DNA of 64,000 bases from positions 7,207-71,206 of the forward strand of contig JBMSGE010000002.1 of assembly GCA_049414205.1 (NCBI GenBank), read 5' to 3'. The notes below the pieces were generated by a model. The model was given only the letters and a program-made list of their open reading frames with translations. It searched no databases and was not told the DNA's origin. Both the position numbers and the translations under genes were made by a program. This stretch comes from Nitrosopumilaceae archaeon (GTDB lineage Archaea; Thermoproteota; Nitrososphaeria; Nitrososphaerales; Nitrosopumilaceae). Positions within the stretch are counted from its first letter, which is position 1; the number at the start of each line of letters is the position of its first letter. This document shows positions 34,368-44,403 of this stretch, one piece after another.

Positions 34368-35702
34368 TTGGAATCAATGTTGCCTATAGATACCGGTGAT
34401 ACCGCATGGATGCTCGTAGCAGGAAGCCTAGTACTTTTAATGATCCCTGCACTTGGACTTTTTGAATCTGGTTTACTAAGAAAGAAAAACGCAGTATCAG
34501 TTTTCATGCAGATATTCTTTGGTTTAGCGTTACTTAGTGTGATGTGGTTTGTATTTGGATTTAGTTTAGCATTTGGCCCTGATGAGACAGGTGGTTTGAT
34601 GGGCAACATGGATTGGGTATTCCTTAAGGGTGTTCCATGGGATGAAGCACTTGATTATGCACCAACTATTCCAGGTGTCCTATTTGTGAAATTCCAACTT
34701 ATGTTTGCATGTATTACTCCTCTACTTCTTACAGGAACAATTGCCGAACGTATGAAATTTAGCTCATTTATCATATTCATAGCAACATGGTCAATCTTGA
34801 TCTACTACCCACTAGTTCACTGGGTATGGGGAGGAGGTTGGTTAGCAGAATTAGGCGTTGTAGATTTCGCGGGAGGTATAGTAATTCACACTAGTGTGGG
34901 TATGGGTGCCTTAGCTGCTGCAATGGTCTTAGGACGCAGAAGATTCTTTGGACCTGCAATCGAAATTCCACATAGTATTCCCCTTGCAGTAGTAGGATCT
35001 TCTCTCTTATGGCTAGGTTGGTTTGGATTTAATGCAGGAAGTGCTCTTGCCTCAGGATCCCTTGCAGGAAACACAGTAATTGTAACTCACATGGCCTCAT
35101 CAGTATCAGCATTAATTTGGGTAGGATTATCATGGATGAGATCTGGAAAGCCTTCAGTGGTAGCTGCAGTCAACGGGGCCATTGCAGGGTTAGCAGGTAT
35201 TACTCCAGCGTCAGGATTTGTAAGTGTTGAACATTCATTTGTAATTGGTATTGCTATAGGTATTGCATCATATTCTACACTAGTTCTATTCAAAGAGAAA
35301 CTAAAGATAGACGATGCTTTAGATGTAAGTTCAGTTCACGGAACTGCAGGAATTATTGGTTCACTTGCAATTGGTATTTTTGCAAGTTCCGCAGTAAACC
35401 CAGCAGGTCCAGATGGATTACTCAATTCAGGTTCATTTGATCAATTAGGAGTACAAGCAATAGGTGTTGCAGTAGCAGGTGTCTTAGGATTTGGTGGAAC
35501 TTACTTAATCATGAAAGTTATAGACTTCTTAGTAGGTGTGAGGGTGTCTCCGGAAGTGGAAGATGCTGGACTAGATATCAGCGAACATGCAGAAAGAGCA
35601 TATGCAGATGAGGAAGAATTCAAACTTGAGATGGATGATTATGTAGAAGATCTAGAAAGGAAGGGCGGATTCTTCGGTGGAAGGAAAAAAGGAAAAAATT
35701 AG
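34368..35702 (+). CDS. amt: ammonium transporter (Amt/MEP family)
   Basis: DTAWMLVAGSLVLLM, FAGGIVIHTSVG and SSVHGTAGIIGSL, with about 11 TM segments. The ATG at 34377 fits the TATA spacing better than the TTG at 34368. Confidence 0.95.
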   Translation: MESMLPIDTGDTAWMLVAGSLVLLMIPALGLFESGLLRKKNAVSVFMQIFFGLALLSVMWFVFGFSLAFGPDETGGLMGNMDWVFLKGVPWDEALDYAPTIPGVLFVKFQLMFACITPLLLTGTIAERMKFSSFIIFIATWSILIYYPLVHWVWGGGWLAELGVVDFAGGIVIHTSVGMGALAAAMVLGRRRFFGPAIEIPHSIPLAVVGSSLLWLGWFGFNAGSALASGSLAGNTVIVTHMASSVSALIWVGLSWMRSGKPSVVAAVNGAIAGLAGITPASGFVSVEHSFVIGIAIGIASYSTLVLFKEKLKIDDALDVSSVHGTAGIIGSLAIGIFASSAVNPAGPDGLLNSGSFDQLGVQAIGVAVAGVLGFGGTYLIMKVIDFLVGVRVSPEVEDAGLDISEHAERAYADEEEFKLEMDDYVEDLERKGGFFGGRKKGKN

Positions 35703-35708
35703 ACCTTT

Positions 35709-36254
35709 TTAATTTACAATAATTTCAATTTCCTTTGAAGTATTCTTTATACTATCAGAATTGGTATACTCGTGTTTCTGCCAAGAAGCAAATACTTCTG
35801 CACCAATCTTGTGTTTACCTGGACCTAGATCCGATGCTTTAATGAGGAATTTTTCATTAAAGTCAAATAATTCCTGTCTTACTTCTTCTTCGGTTAGTCG
35901 AATAAATGGCTCAAAATTCTTTGCTACTTGAACCCATATTCTCCGGTCCTTCATTGGATTTACTAATTTTGGATTCCTAGTCCAAAAGATTGCAGCTTTT
36001 CTATAGGTGTCAATTGTTTTTCCAATCTCTTTTTTTCTAAAACCACCAGAAGTCAGCTTTACTCCGTACTTTAATTTGAAGGAGACATCATTATTGTTGT
36101 ATGCATTTGTCCAATTTTGCTCATTAAAGGCATCACGAATACCTCCCTCTATTGCAAACTGCACGTTAATCTCTATTGTATCGCCTGAGGCGTATTGATC
36201 TTTCCCATTGGCTAACAATATCTCTGAAATTTTACTTTCACTCATTCTTAACAA
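35709..36254 (-). CDS. hypothetical protein
   Basis: 181-aa ORF with globular composition. Confidence 0.55.
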   Translation of the reverse strand: MLRMSESKISEILLANGKDQYASGDTIEINVQFAIEGGIRDAFNEQNWTNAYNNNDVSFKLKYGVKLTSGGFRKKEIGKTIDTYRKAAIFWTRNPKLVNPMKDRRIWVQVAKNFEPFIRLTEEEVRQELFDFNEKFLIKASDLGPGKHKIGAEVFASWQKHEYTNSDSIKNTSKEIEIIVN

Positions 36255-36296
36255 TCATAATGATTTATATCCACAATAAGTGCTTTTTCCGAATAC

Positions 36297-36569
36297 ATGC
36301 AAGCCCAAGTAGTTAGTTCTGAGCCAAAAGAACTCAACTTATCCATTAAAGACACGGATATAGGGATTTTATACATAATTCAACATGAACTATTAAAGAA
36401 ATCTAATATCGATTTTGCAGGAGTTATTATCAAACACCCATTAACTAATGAATGTTGGATGAGAATTAATTCAAATGGTAAACCTCTTGGAGAAATTCAA
36501 ACTTCAACTGAAACAGCAATTAAAACCGCAGAAGAACTTAAAAAATTATTCAATTCTACCATTAAGTGA
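36297..36569 (+). CDS. rpoL: DNA-directed RNA polymerase subunit L (Rpo11)
   Basis: 90 aa. 'LNLSIKDTDIGILYIIQHELLK...IDFAGVIIKHPL' matches the RpoL/Rpb11 pattern. Confidence 0.75.
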   Translation: MQAQVVSSEPKELNLSIKDTDIGILYIIQHELLKKSNIDFAGVIIKHPLTNECWMRINSNGKPLGEIQTSTETAIKTAEELKKLFNSTIK

Positions 36570-36575
36570 AATTAA

Positions 36576-36890
36576 ATGAAATTTTGCCCCAAATGTGAGG
36601 TCAAATTAAAAAAAGATGGTTCTGATCTCAAATGCTCAAAATGTGGATACATCGAAGGTGGTACAATAACTCAGCAAAAAAAAGTAACACAAGAAGAATC
36701 AACTGAACCATTCAATGTATTTGCCGAAAATGAAGGCGAAGAAGCGTTACCTACAATCAAAATTGAATGTGAAAGTTGTGGAAACGACGAAGCTGTTTGG
36801 TGGATGTTACAAACACGAAGTGCTGATGAACCTACCACTCAATTTTATAGATGTACAAAGTGCAAATACACTTGGCGTAATTACGCATAA
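36576..36890 (+). CDS. tfs: transcription factor S (TFS, TFIIS C-terminal type)
   Basis: Two Zn ribbons (CPKC..CSKC and CESCG..CTKC) plus the acidic loop QTRSADEP. Confidence 0.9.
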   Translation: MKFCPKCEVKLKKDGSDLKCSKCGYIEGGTITQQKKVTQEESTEPFNVFAENEGEEALPTIKIECESCGNDEAVWWMLQTRSADEPTTQFYRCTKCKYTWRNYA

Positions 36891-36925
36891 CGTTTAACTG
36901 GAACTTAAAGTCACTCAAAATAAGT

Positions 36926-37672
36926 TTGACTTTTGGAGCAAAAACAAGTGGTTCAGATGATCTTAAAGCAATCATTTCAGCTATATCTACACTTGTAGAG
37001 GAAGCTACATTCGTTGCAACATCAGAGGGCATAACATTTAGAGGAATGGATCCATCCCATGTTGCTCTGATTGATATTTCATGGCCTAACTCTGCATTTG
37101 AAAAATACGAATGTGATAGCGATATAAAATTTGGTGTTAGAATTGATGAATTTTCTAAACTTATCAAGAGAGCCGATAAGAAAGACAGTATTGAGATCAA
37201 CATCTCTGAGCAAAATATGTTGCTAGTTACAGTTGGAAAAAATAAAAAATACAAAATGCGTTTAATTGAAAGTTCTGCAACTGATACACCATTACCCAAG
37301 ATTCCATATAACTCAAAAATTACATTATCATCTTCTATGTTTGATAAAATATTAGGTGATGTACAAGTGGTTTCAGATTATCTAACCATCCATACAGCTG
37401 ATTCCAAAGCAGATTTTTCTGGAAAAGGAGATTCAGGAGAAGTAATAATTGATCTTGAACCAGACAGTGACGATATTAAAGAAATAACTTCAACTGAGGA
37501 CAGTACAGGCACATATAGTCTAGAATATCTTAACCCAGTCGTTAAAGCCGTGGGTACTACTGCAGGGCAAATTACCTGTGAATTTTCAAGCGCAAAACCT
37601 CTTAGAATTGAATTCAAGGTAGCAAACATTGGAAGAATTCACTTCTATTTGGCACCACGCGTGGAAAGTTAA
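36926..37672 (+). CDS. pcn: DNA polymerase sliding clamp (PCNA)
   Basis: 248 aa with 'ATFVATSEGITFRGMDPSHVALIDISWP' and 'YSLEYLNPVVKA'. TTG start. Confidence 0.9.
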   Translation: MTFGAKTSGSDDLKAIISAISTLVEEATFVATSEGITFRGMDPSHVALIDISWPNSAFEKYECDSDIKFGVRIDEFSKLIKRADKKDSIEINISEQNMLLVTVGKNKKYKMRLIESSATDTPLPKIPYNSKITLSSSMFDKILGDVQVVSDYLTIHTADSKADFSGKGDSGEVIIDLEPDSDDIKEITSTEDSTGTYSLEYLNPVVKAVGTTAGQITCEFSSAKPLRIEFKVANIGRIHFYLAPRVES

Positions 37673-37707
37673 AGCATTTAAAGATAAAATAATCCAGATA
37701 TTTTGAA

Positions 37708-39111
37708 TTGAAACTTGTACTAAAATATGGTGGAACATCAATTTCCTCAGCAAAGGATATTCAAAATGTTGCAAAACATATTCATTCATTATCAAAACAA
37801 AATCAGCTTGTAATTGTATGCTCAGCAATCAGTGATACTACTGATGATTTAATTGAAATATCTCAATCTATAAAGAAAGAAAATAAGAAAAAAGCAGAAC
37901 AATTAGCAAAGAACATTGGAAAAAGACACCAAAAATTAGCCAAAGAGACAATCAAGAAGACTCCAATAAGAAAAAAATTACTCCAAACCTTTGATGAATA
38001 CTTTACTGAACTTACAGCACTAATTGATGGTATGGTGTTATTGGGAGAAGTGACTCCAAGGTCAATGGATTACTTATTTTCATTTGGAGAACGCCTTTCG
38101 ATACAATTAATCTCAGCAGCAATAAATGATCTAGGAAAAAAATCAATTGCACTTACGGGAAAAGAAGTGGGAATAGTTACAGATTCAAATTTTGGTGAAT
38201 CCAAACCCCTTATGGATACAACAAGACTCAGAGTTTCAAAGACTTTGGATTCTGCATTTTTGAAAAAAACAATTCCTGTAATAGGTGGTTTTGTTGGAGC
38301 GGATCAACACGGTCATGTAACAACTTTTGGAAGAGGTGGCTCTGATTATTCAGCCACTATCATAGGATCATGCATTAAAGCTGATGAGATTTGGTTAATG
38401 AGCGACGTTGATGGACTAATGACTGCAGATCCAAAGATAGTAAAAAGTGCAAAATTACTAAAAGAAGTATCATATGTAGAAGCAATTGAGATGGCTATGT
38501 TTGGAGCAAAGCAAATCCACCCACGAACCTTTGAACCTCTATTAGCAAAAAAAATTCCAATGAAAATAAGAAGTTCATTTAATATTGAAAATGAAGGAAC
38601 TCAAGTAACTTCATCTCCATCTATATCTGTTAGAAACACTGTAAAATGTGTCAGCAACGTTTCTCATAATGGACTAATAGATATTCGTGGAGGAAGCATG
38701 ATTGGAACTCCTGGAACTGCCGCGAAGATTTTTGCAACATTAGCTAATGCGGGAATCAATGTAATGATGATATCTCAAAACCCATCTGAATCAAGTATTA
38801 CAATTGTTGTAAAAAATACAGATCTTGATAAAGCTGTAAACAAGTTAGAGATGGAACTTTTAGGAAAAATAATCAAAAAACTTGAAATCACAACTGATAT
38901 GGCTATAATTGCCCTAATTGGTTCTGGAATGCGCGGAACAGTTGGTGTTGCCTCAAAGGTTTTTGGTTCAATGCAAAAAAACAAAGTGAATGTTTCAATG
39001 ATCACCCAAGGCTCATCCGAACTGAACCTTGCTTTTGTAGTAAAAAATTCTGACGCAAAAACAGCTGTACAGGCATTACATAATGAATTTGAGCTTTCTA
39101 AAATCAACTAA
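37708..39111 (+). CDS. lysC: aspartate kinase
   Basis: KYGGTSI, TTFGRGGSDYSAT and C-terminal ACT repeats (IALIGSGM..., NLAFVV). TTG start. Confidence 0.9.
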   Translation: MKLVLKYGGTSISSAKDIQNVAKHIHSLSKQNQLVIVCSAISDTTDDLIEISQSIKKENKKKAEQLAKNIGKRHQKLAKETIKKTPIRKKLLQTFDEYFTELTALIDGMVLLGEVTPRSMDYLFSFGERLSIQLISAAINDLGKKSIALTGKEVGIVTDSNFGESKPLMDTTRLRVSKTLDSAFLKKTIPVIGGFVGADQHGHVTTFGRGGSDYSATIIGSCIKADEIWLMSDVDGLMTADPKIVKSAKLLKEVSYVEAIEMAMFGAKQIHPRTFEPLLAKKIPMKIRSSFNIENEGTQVTSSPSISVRNTVKCVSNVSHNGLIDIRGGSMIGTPGTAAKIFATLANAGINVMMISQNPSESSITIVVKNTDLDKAVNKLEMELLGKIIKKLEITTDMAIIALIGSGMRGTVGVASKVFGSMQKNKVNVSMITQGSSELNLAFVVKNSDAKTAVQALHNEFELSKIN

Positions 39112-39144
39112 AATAATTTAAAGGAACAAAATCAGAGAGTCTCA

Positions 39145-40605
39145 TTGAACAAACTTCTAGTTGTCTCCATTTTAGTAATTTTTGTAACTGGGATAATGAT
39201 CGTTTCAACCATATCAGATCAATTTGTTGATGCAAATTCCCGAAAAAAAATCCATTTCACTCAAACGATATCATCAATAGAAGATCCAGGTCAAGGTCAT
39301 GAAGGACATCAATTAGCGATAATTTTGTACCCAAGTGAAGGTACAATTTATGACGGATCCCTAACTTTTACGTCAAGTGAGCCTGTCCAGATAGTTGTTC
39401 TTCATGAAATCACTGAGAACGACGTCAAAGGCCAACCTACCTGGACAATCGATGGAGACAAAATCTATGGTTTATCATTAATTGAAAGAGGAACAAAATC
39501 TGACTCTTTTGAATTTACAGGAGCAGCTTTGGCTCTCCATTCTCCTAATTCTAAATTTACTTCAACTGTTAGTGTTGATGGTTGGATAAGAGGACAACCA
39601 ACTGAAATTATAATGCAACAAATTGAATACGAAAAAGAAGAACCATCTTTTTCATTATCAAAAACTAATGTACCTGCAACCATTCCACTACACAAAGGAA
39701 TTTTTAATTCAAGTTCTGTTTTCTATATAATTACAGATGCAAGTGACAAAGAAACTGCAGAAATAATTACAGAGAAACAAGATTGGAAAGTAGAACTAGC
39801 ACCTCCTATTGCCGATGCACCAGAAACTGCACTTCAACAAATTTTTGTTTTTAGAAATGGAGTTTCAGGTGGAGGAATTTACGGATATCAAGATGAAGTA
39901 TTTTCAAGTACTCCAGCTCAGGAAGACCAGTATAGTGCATTAAGTTCAATTGTAGAGGTTACGTGGAAAAAAGGACAAAATAAAATTATTTTTGAGTCTG
40001 CCGAAGAAGTCTTAGAAGCACATGAGGGTGGAAGAATAGAATTCAATGAAACTGGTATTGTAATTAATACTCCGCAAATTATTTGGCCAGAAGGTAAAAT
40101 GACCGTTAGAGAAGATTCAGAAATTACTGATGAAACCTCATACATCGGAGGACAAATTGTAGAAATCAATGAAGAGGAAATGACGGTAACGTTCATCGCA
40201 CATCGAGGATGGGGTCCTGATGGAAGAACTATCTATTACATCGTAACAGATGCTACGCCTAGCGCTCCTGCAGAAATGATGGGCGTGACATATTCTCCTA
40301 CATCTGCAGAATTAATAGCAAATTCAGCAGCAGTAGATTTGTTCCAATTCAAAAATGGGGTAAAAGGATCAGGACCAATGGGATTCCAGCCAGGAATAGC
40401 ATCTGCTGCCCCTGGCGATGAGAATTATAGTCCAATTTGGAGAATCTATAATGTAGAGTGGAACGATCCAAAAAATGCAAAAATTCTTGAAACAAGATTT
40501 GACATAGATTCTTTTAGTGAAGAGGATCTGTTAACAGTAAGTATTGCACGTCCAATGAATAGTGATCATTTAGTAAACTGCCCTTTCATCGATCCTTTTC
40601 AATAA
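39145..40605 (+). CDS. secreted protein with an internal domain duplication, function unknown
   Basis: Has an N-terminal TM/signal sequence. 'VFYIITDASDKETAEII...IFVFRNGVSGGGIYGYQ' is repeated as 'IYYIVTDATPSAPAEMM...LFQFKNGVKGSGPMGFQ'. Confidence 0.6.
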   Translation: MNKLLVVSILVIFVTGIMIVSTISDQFVDANSRKKIHFTQTISSIEDPGQGHEGHQLAIILYPSEGTIYDGSLTFTSSEPVQIVVLHEITENDVKGQPTWTIDGDKIYGLSLIERGTKSDSFEFTGAALALHSPNSKFTSTVSVDGWIRGQPTEIIMQQIEYEKEEPSFSLSKTNVPATIPLHKGIFNSSSVFYIITDASDKETAEIITEKQDWKVELAPPIADAPETALQQIFVFRNGVSGGGIYGYQDEVFSSTPAQEDQYSALSSIVEVTWKKGQNKIIFESAEEVLEAHEGGRIEFNETGIVINTPQIIWPEGKMTVREDSEITDETSYIGGQIVEINEEEMTVTFIAHRGWGPDGRTIYYIVTDATPSAPAEMMGVTYSPTSAELIANSAAVDLFQFKNGVKGSGPMGFQPGIASAAPGDENYSPIWRIYNVEWNDPKNAKILETRFDIDSFSEEDLLTVSIARPMNSDHLVNCPFIDPFQ

Positions 40606-40657
40606 AAATTCATTTCAGTAAAGGGATAAATTACTTGAAAAAAGTTTTACTGTAAAA

Positions 40658-41452
40658 TTGACTGGTAAACTCTACATTGTAGGTGTTGGTCCTGGACACC
40701 ACGATCATATGACTTTTAGAGCAAAAGAGGCTATCACAGAAAGCAATACCATAGTTGGTTATGAAACGTATGTCAATTTGGTTTCAGACCTAATTGAAGG
40801 AAAGGAAGTACATCGATATGCAATGACTCAAGAAGTAGAACGTGCACACCAATGTATTGATCTGGCAAAGTCAGGCAAAATAGTATCTCTGGTATCAAGT
40901 GGAGATCCGGGAATTTATGGAATGGCTGGATTGATTTATGAAACATTAGCCGAATCTGGTTGGAATCCCAAAGATGACTTGCAAGTTGAAATAGTACCAG
41001 GAGTATCTGCATTGAATTCGTGTGCTTCTATAATTGGTTCACCACTGATGACAGATTTTGCAGTTGTAAGTATGAGTGATTTATTGGTTCCATGGGAAGT
41101 AATCCAAAAACGAGTTGAGGCAGCAGCACAAGGTGATTTTGTGATTGTAATTTACAATCCTGCAAGTAAAAAAAGAATACACCAACTACAAGATACACGA
41201 AAGATGTTACTCAAATATAGAAAACCTACAACTCCAGTAGCAATTATCAAAGGCGCATTTAGAAATTCACAATCAGTAGTTATGACTACCTTAGAAGATT
41301 TACCTAATTATTCAGACGAATTAGGTATGATTAGTACTGTAATAGTAGGAAATTCTTCAACATACAATTATCAAGACTTGATGATAAACCCAAGAGGGTA
41401 TAAATCAAAATATAATTTGGAAGAACAAACTAATCCTAATCTTAAAGTCTAA
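40658..41452 (+). CDS. cbiH: precorrin-3B C17-methyltransferase / cobalt-factor III methyltransferase
   Basis: LYIVGVGPG...MT.RA..AI..S..IVGY.TY and SSGDPGIYGMAG, the tetrapyrrole methylase family. Confidence 0.85.
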   Translation: MTGKLYIVGVGPGHHDHMTFRAKEAITESNTIVGYETYVNLVSDLIEGKEVHRYAMTQEVERAHQCIDLAKSGKIVSLVSSGDPGIYGMAGLIYETLAESGWNPKDDLQVEIVPGVSALNSCASIIGSPLMTDFAVVSMSDLLVPWEVIQKRVEAAAQGDFVIVIYNPASKKRIHQLQDTRKMLLKYRKPTTPVAIIKGAFRNSQSVVMTTLEDLPNYSDELGMISTVIVGNSSTYNYQDLMINPRGYKSKYNLEEQTNPNLKV

Positions 41453-42495
41453 TAGCTCTTCTTTATTGCCTCAAACAATTCATCACTAAGATTCAAGTTG
41501 TCCCTAATCGGTGCAACAACTTTTACCAAATAATTTCCAACTGTTTGTTTTAGATCGGTAGGATGTAACTTCTTTTCAGCAAAATCTGATTCTAGTTTAC
41601 TGTAATCCGTATATTCCACATTACCGCCAAATTTTTCTGGTCTTTCTACTTTCATTTCCTTAAATTCGTGTAAAATAATATTTTTTGAAATTTCTAGTAA
41701 TGGATTATTCCCAATGTTACCTTCTTCACACCATGCCTTCTTTATTTTAGATCTAATCTCATCATCTGTATTATGAATAAAGATTCCTGAATTGGGATCA
41801 GATTTACTCATTTTACCTAACACTTGTGAATCATTTGCATCAGTAGGTTTTGATAATCCTGGTAATAATTTATGATGAACAGCAATTGGAACTTTCCAAT
41901 TCATTTTTGGAAAAATTTCCCTTACTAACATGTGTATTTTTCTTTGATCCATACCAGCATGAACAATATCCAAATCAAGAGAATGAATGTCTACAGCTTG
42001 CATTGGTGGATAAAGTAATTTAGCAAGATCAATTTTAGATTCATCTTCTGATCTACCCATTATTGTAAGCGTCCTCATTGTTCTTTTGAGAGACATATGT
42101 TTTGTAAATTTCATAAACTCTTTCCAGTATTCTTTTCTTGAATCATAAAGATCAGAACCAAGTACAATTTTTGCATCAGGACAAACTAGTTTGAAAGCAT
42201 CTGCGTAATACTTTGAAACACTTGTAATGGTATCCCAGTCCCCACCCAACTTATCATTAATCATTGTATGCCAATCTGCAAGAAATATCGTACAATTAAC
42301 ACCGGCTTTTACGAAATCATTAATTTTAAAACCTGTACTGATTAGGCTGCCTAAATGCAAAAAACCAGATATCTCAAGACCAATGTAGTGCTTTGGTGAA
42401 GAATTTGTCTTGAATAATTCAATTAATTCCTCATGAGTAACTACTTCCTCAGTAGGAGGTCTCTCTATCAGATTAACCTTTTCAGATATATCCAA
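41449..42495 (-). CDS. tyrS: tyrosine--tRNA ligase (archaeal type)
   Basis: HIGH-like 'GFLHLGS', 'KMSKS', and 'ERPEKFGG...LHPTDLK' as in archaeal TyrRS. Confidence 0.85.
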   Translation of the reverse strand: MDISEKVNLIERPPTEEVVTHEELIELFKTNSSPKHYIGLEISGFLHLGSLISTGFKINDFVKAGVNCTIFLADWHTMINDKLGGDWDTITSVSKYYADAFKLVCPDAKIVLGSDLYDSRKEYWKEFMKFTKHMSLKRTMRTLTIMGRSEDESKIDLAKLLYPPMQAVDIHSLDLDIVHAGMDQRKIHMLVREIFPKMNWKVPIAVHHKLLPGLSKPTDANDSQVLGKMSKSDPNSGIFIHNTDDEIRSKIKKAWCEEGNIGNNPLLEISKNIILHEFKEMKVERPEKFGGNVEYTDYSKLESDFAEKKLHPTDLKQTVGNYLVKVVAPIRDNLNLSDELFEAIKKSY

Positions 42496-42590
42496 ATCAA
42501 AACAACCTCCAAAAGGTAAACCTATAAAGATTCTGACAATTCATCTGATCCAAATAATAAACTCGAATTTTTTAAAATCTACACTCTCAA

Positions 42591-42788
42591 TCATTTACAA
42601 TTTTTTTTATGTTTTCTTAGATCATCAGAGTAATCAAACTCTGCACCACATACACGACATTTCTCTTTTTTCTTATTGTGGGCCTTTTCTTGATGTTTTT
42701 TTAATTTCTCAGGATCAGGCAAAATGGTCCCACATTTCTTACACTTTGTTTCATTTTTACTAGAACCAAATAATCCCATATTGACCAT
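42591..42788 (-). CDS. C2H2 zinc-finger microprotein
   Basis: CKKCG...HQEKAH and CRVCG...HKKNC. Confidence 0.6.
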   Translation of the reverse strand: MVNMGLFGSSKNETKCKKCGTILPDPEKLKKHQEKAHNKKKEKCRVCGAEFDYSDDLRKHKKNCK

Positions 42789-42826
42789 TATTTAATAAAC
42801 GAAAAGATAGTTTAATCTTTTGAAAA

Positions 42827-43411
42827 TTAAGCTTCTGAATCTAAACTCTTTCTGGGTCTGGTACTAAGGTAAAATGCATGAGCACTAATGATAAAGGCTG
42901 AAAGAAATACCTTTGTTGCAAATACTAGATTCCATGGCCTATCAGGATCTGGATATGCCACTGAAAGTCTATCTATATCTGGAACTATGCCCTCAATAAC
43001 CCCTGCAGTAATTTTTGCATTTAATACCGTAAAATTATACAAAACCTCATACAAAGTTATAATCGCAAATCCTAAAAGCATTAACTGAAGTAATGCCATT
43101 CTTACTCCTACAATTTTATTTCCGGCAGTTCTTTTCCATCCAATCCTTGAAACGCAATACCACCCAATAATTGTAGAAAAGAATATCCAAGTAGATACTC
43201 TTGCAAAATTCTCAAAAGGAATTACTGTGTTATGTATGGCTTCTCCCATGACATAGGTTCCATTTTCCAGCCATTCTATCATAGTTACATAAACACCATA
43301 AACAAGAGAAGATACCATTATGAAACCACAAACATAAAAAATATACAAAAAAACTTTGTATGATGCATCTGATTCTTGAAGATGGCGTGGTTTCATTATG
43401 CGATTTGCCAA
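42827..43411 (-). CDS. integral membrane protein (about 5 TM), function unknown
   Basis: Multiple hydrophobic helices. Confidence 0.6.
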   Translation of the reverse strand: MANRIMKPRHLQESDASYKVFLYIFYVCGFIMVSSLVYGVYVTMIEWLENGTYVMGEAIHNTVIPFENFARVSTWIFFSTIIGWYCVSRIGWKRTAGNKIVGVRMALLQLMLLGFAIITLYEVLYNFTVLNAKITAGVIEGIVPDIDRLSVAYPDPDRPWNLVFATKVFLSAFIISAHAFYLSTRPRKSLDSEA

Positions 43412-43540
43412 ATTTTGAAATATAAAAATTCATAGCTTGATAAAATAGGTATAAAGAGCAAATAGGAAAGAAATGTTATTGAAAATATCCTTTAAGATGA
43501 AGATCAACGGAATAATAAGAAATTTTGTGGAGTTTTTTTC

Positions 43541-44008
43541 ATGAATGATCTAGGAAATTGGATAGGTGAAATATGTGCTGTATTGCTTCCCATAAACGAG
43601 AAATCCTATAATGGAAATTCAAATTCATCTATCGCAGTTTGTACACTTTCAAGCATAGATCTACTTAGGAAGATATCCAATTCCGATCTTATGAGCGAAA
43701 TTTCCATAGTAGGACGACTCCTTTCTGAAAATAAAGGAATTGATGAAATAATACGATACATCAATCAAAATCAAAATATAAAAAAAATTATAATTTGTGG
43801 TAAAGAGGTATGGGGACACAAGGCAGGACATTCTTTGTTTCAATTACATCAAAATGGAATAGATAACAATAATAGAATTATCGGATCGAAAAGTCCTGAT
43901 CCTATTTTATCTGTAAAACATTCTGAGATTAGTTATTTTCAAAAAGAAATAAAATTAATAAATCTAATTGGGGAAACTAATCCTGAAAAAATTTTTCAAT
44001 ACATCTAA
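43541..44008 (+). CDS. MtrA-like protein (tetrahydromethanopterin S-methyltransferase subunit A homologue)
   Basis: 'SSIAVCTLSS...IVGRLLSENKGIDEIIRYINQNQNIKKIIICGKEVWGHKAGHSL..LHQNGID' recalls the MtrA corrinoid-binding domain pattern. Confidence 0.5.
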   Translation: MNDLGNWIGEICAVLLPINEKSYNGNSNSSIAVCTLSSIDLLRKISNSDLMSEISIVGRLLSENKGIDEIIRYINQNQNIKKIIICGKEVWGHKAGHSLFQLHQNGIDNNNRIIGSKSPDPILSVKHSEISYFQKEIKLINLIGETNPEKIFQYI

Positions 44009-44361
44009 TACCCAGTTCTTTGTCGTTCCCGGTTGATTTCATTTTTTCTTTTGTATTCATCTACAATATCATCTGGAGTTAAATTAAGTTCCAATGATGC
44101 TTGAACAACAAAATGCCAGATATCAATTAATTCTTCTCGGGCTTCGGCCTCATTAAATTCTGTTGGGGTTTTCCACCATTTCCAATTTGTAGTTCGTTGT
44201 AACTCAACAGCTTCATGCATAATTGCAGTACATAACGCAGAAACTCGTCCCTCCGAATCCTTTGGATATCTATCTAAATTCATCATTTCTGATAATCCTT
44301 TTTGTAATTGGAATATTTTTTCTAGTCTATCATCCGTTTTTTCAGATGCTTCTTGAGACAT
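44005..44361 (-). CDS. all-alpha NTP pyrophosphohydrolase (dimeric dUTPase/MazG-like)
   Basis: 'MHEAVELQRTTNWKWWK...EELIDIWHFVVQ'. Confidence 0.6.
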   Translation of the reverse strand: MSQEASEKTDDRLEKIFQLQKGLSEMMNLDRYPKDSEGRVSALCTAIMHEAVELQRTTNWKWWKTPTEFNEAEAREELIDIWHFVVQASLELNLTPDDIVDEYKRKNEINRERQRTGY

Positions 44362-44403
44362 TGAATATTTTCTTTGACTAAATTATTTAAGTTAAATCTT
44401 TTT

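Noticed and set aside
34887-34898. Perfect 12-nt palindrome CACACTAGTGTG containing the CACTAG core.
   Set aside because: It lies inside the conserved amt coding sequence (…IHTSVG…) with no TATA context, so it is most likely coincidental. Other CACTAG hexamers inside genes, for example near 4055 and 12963, were ignored for the same reason.
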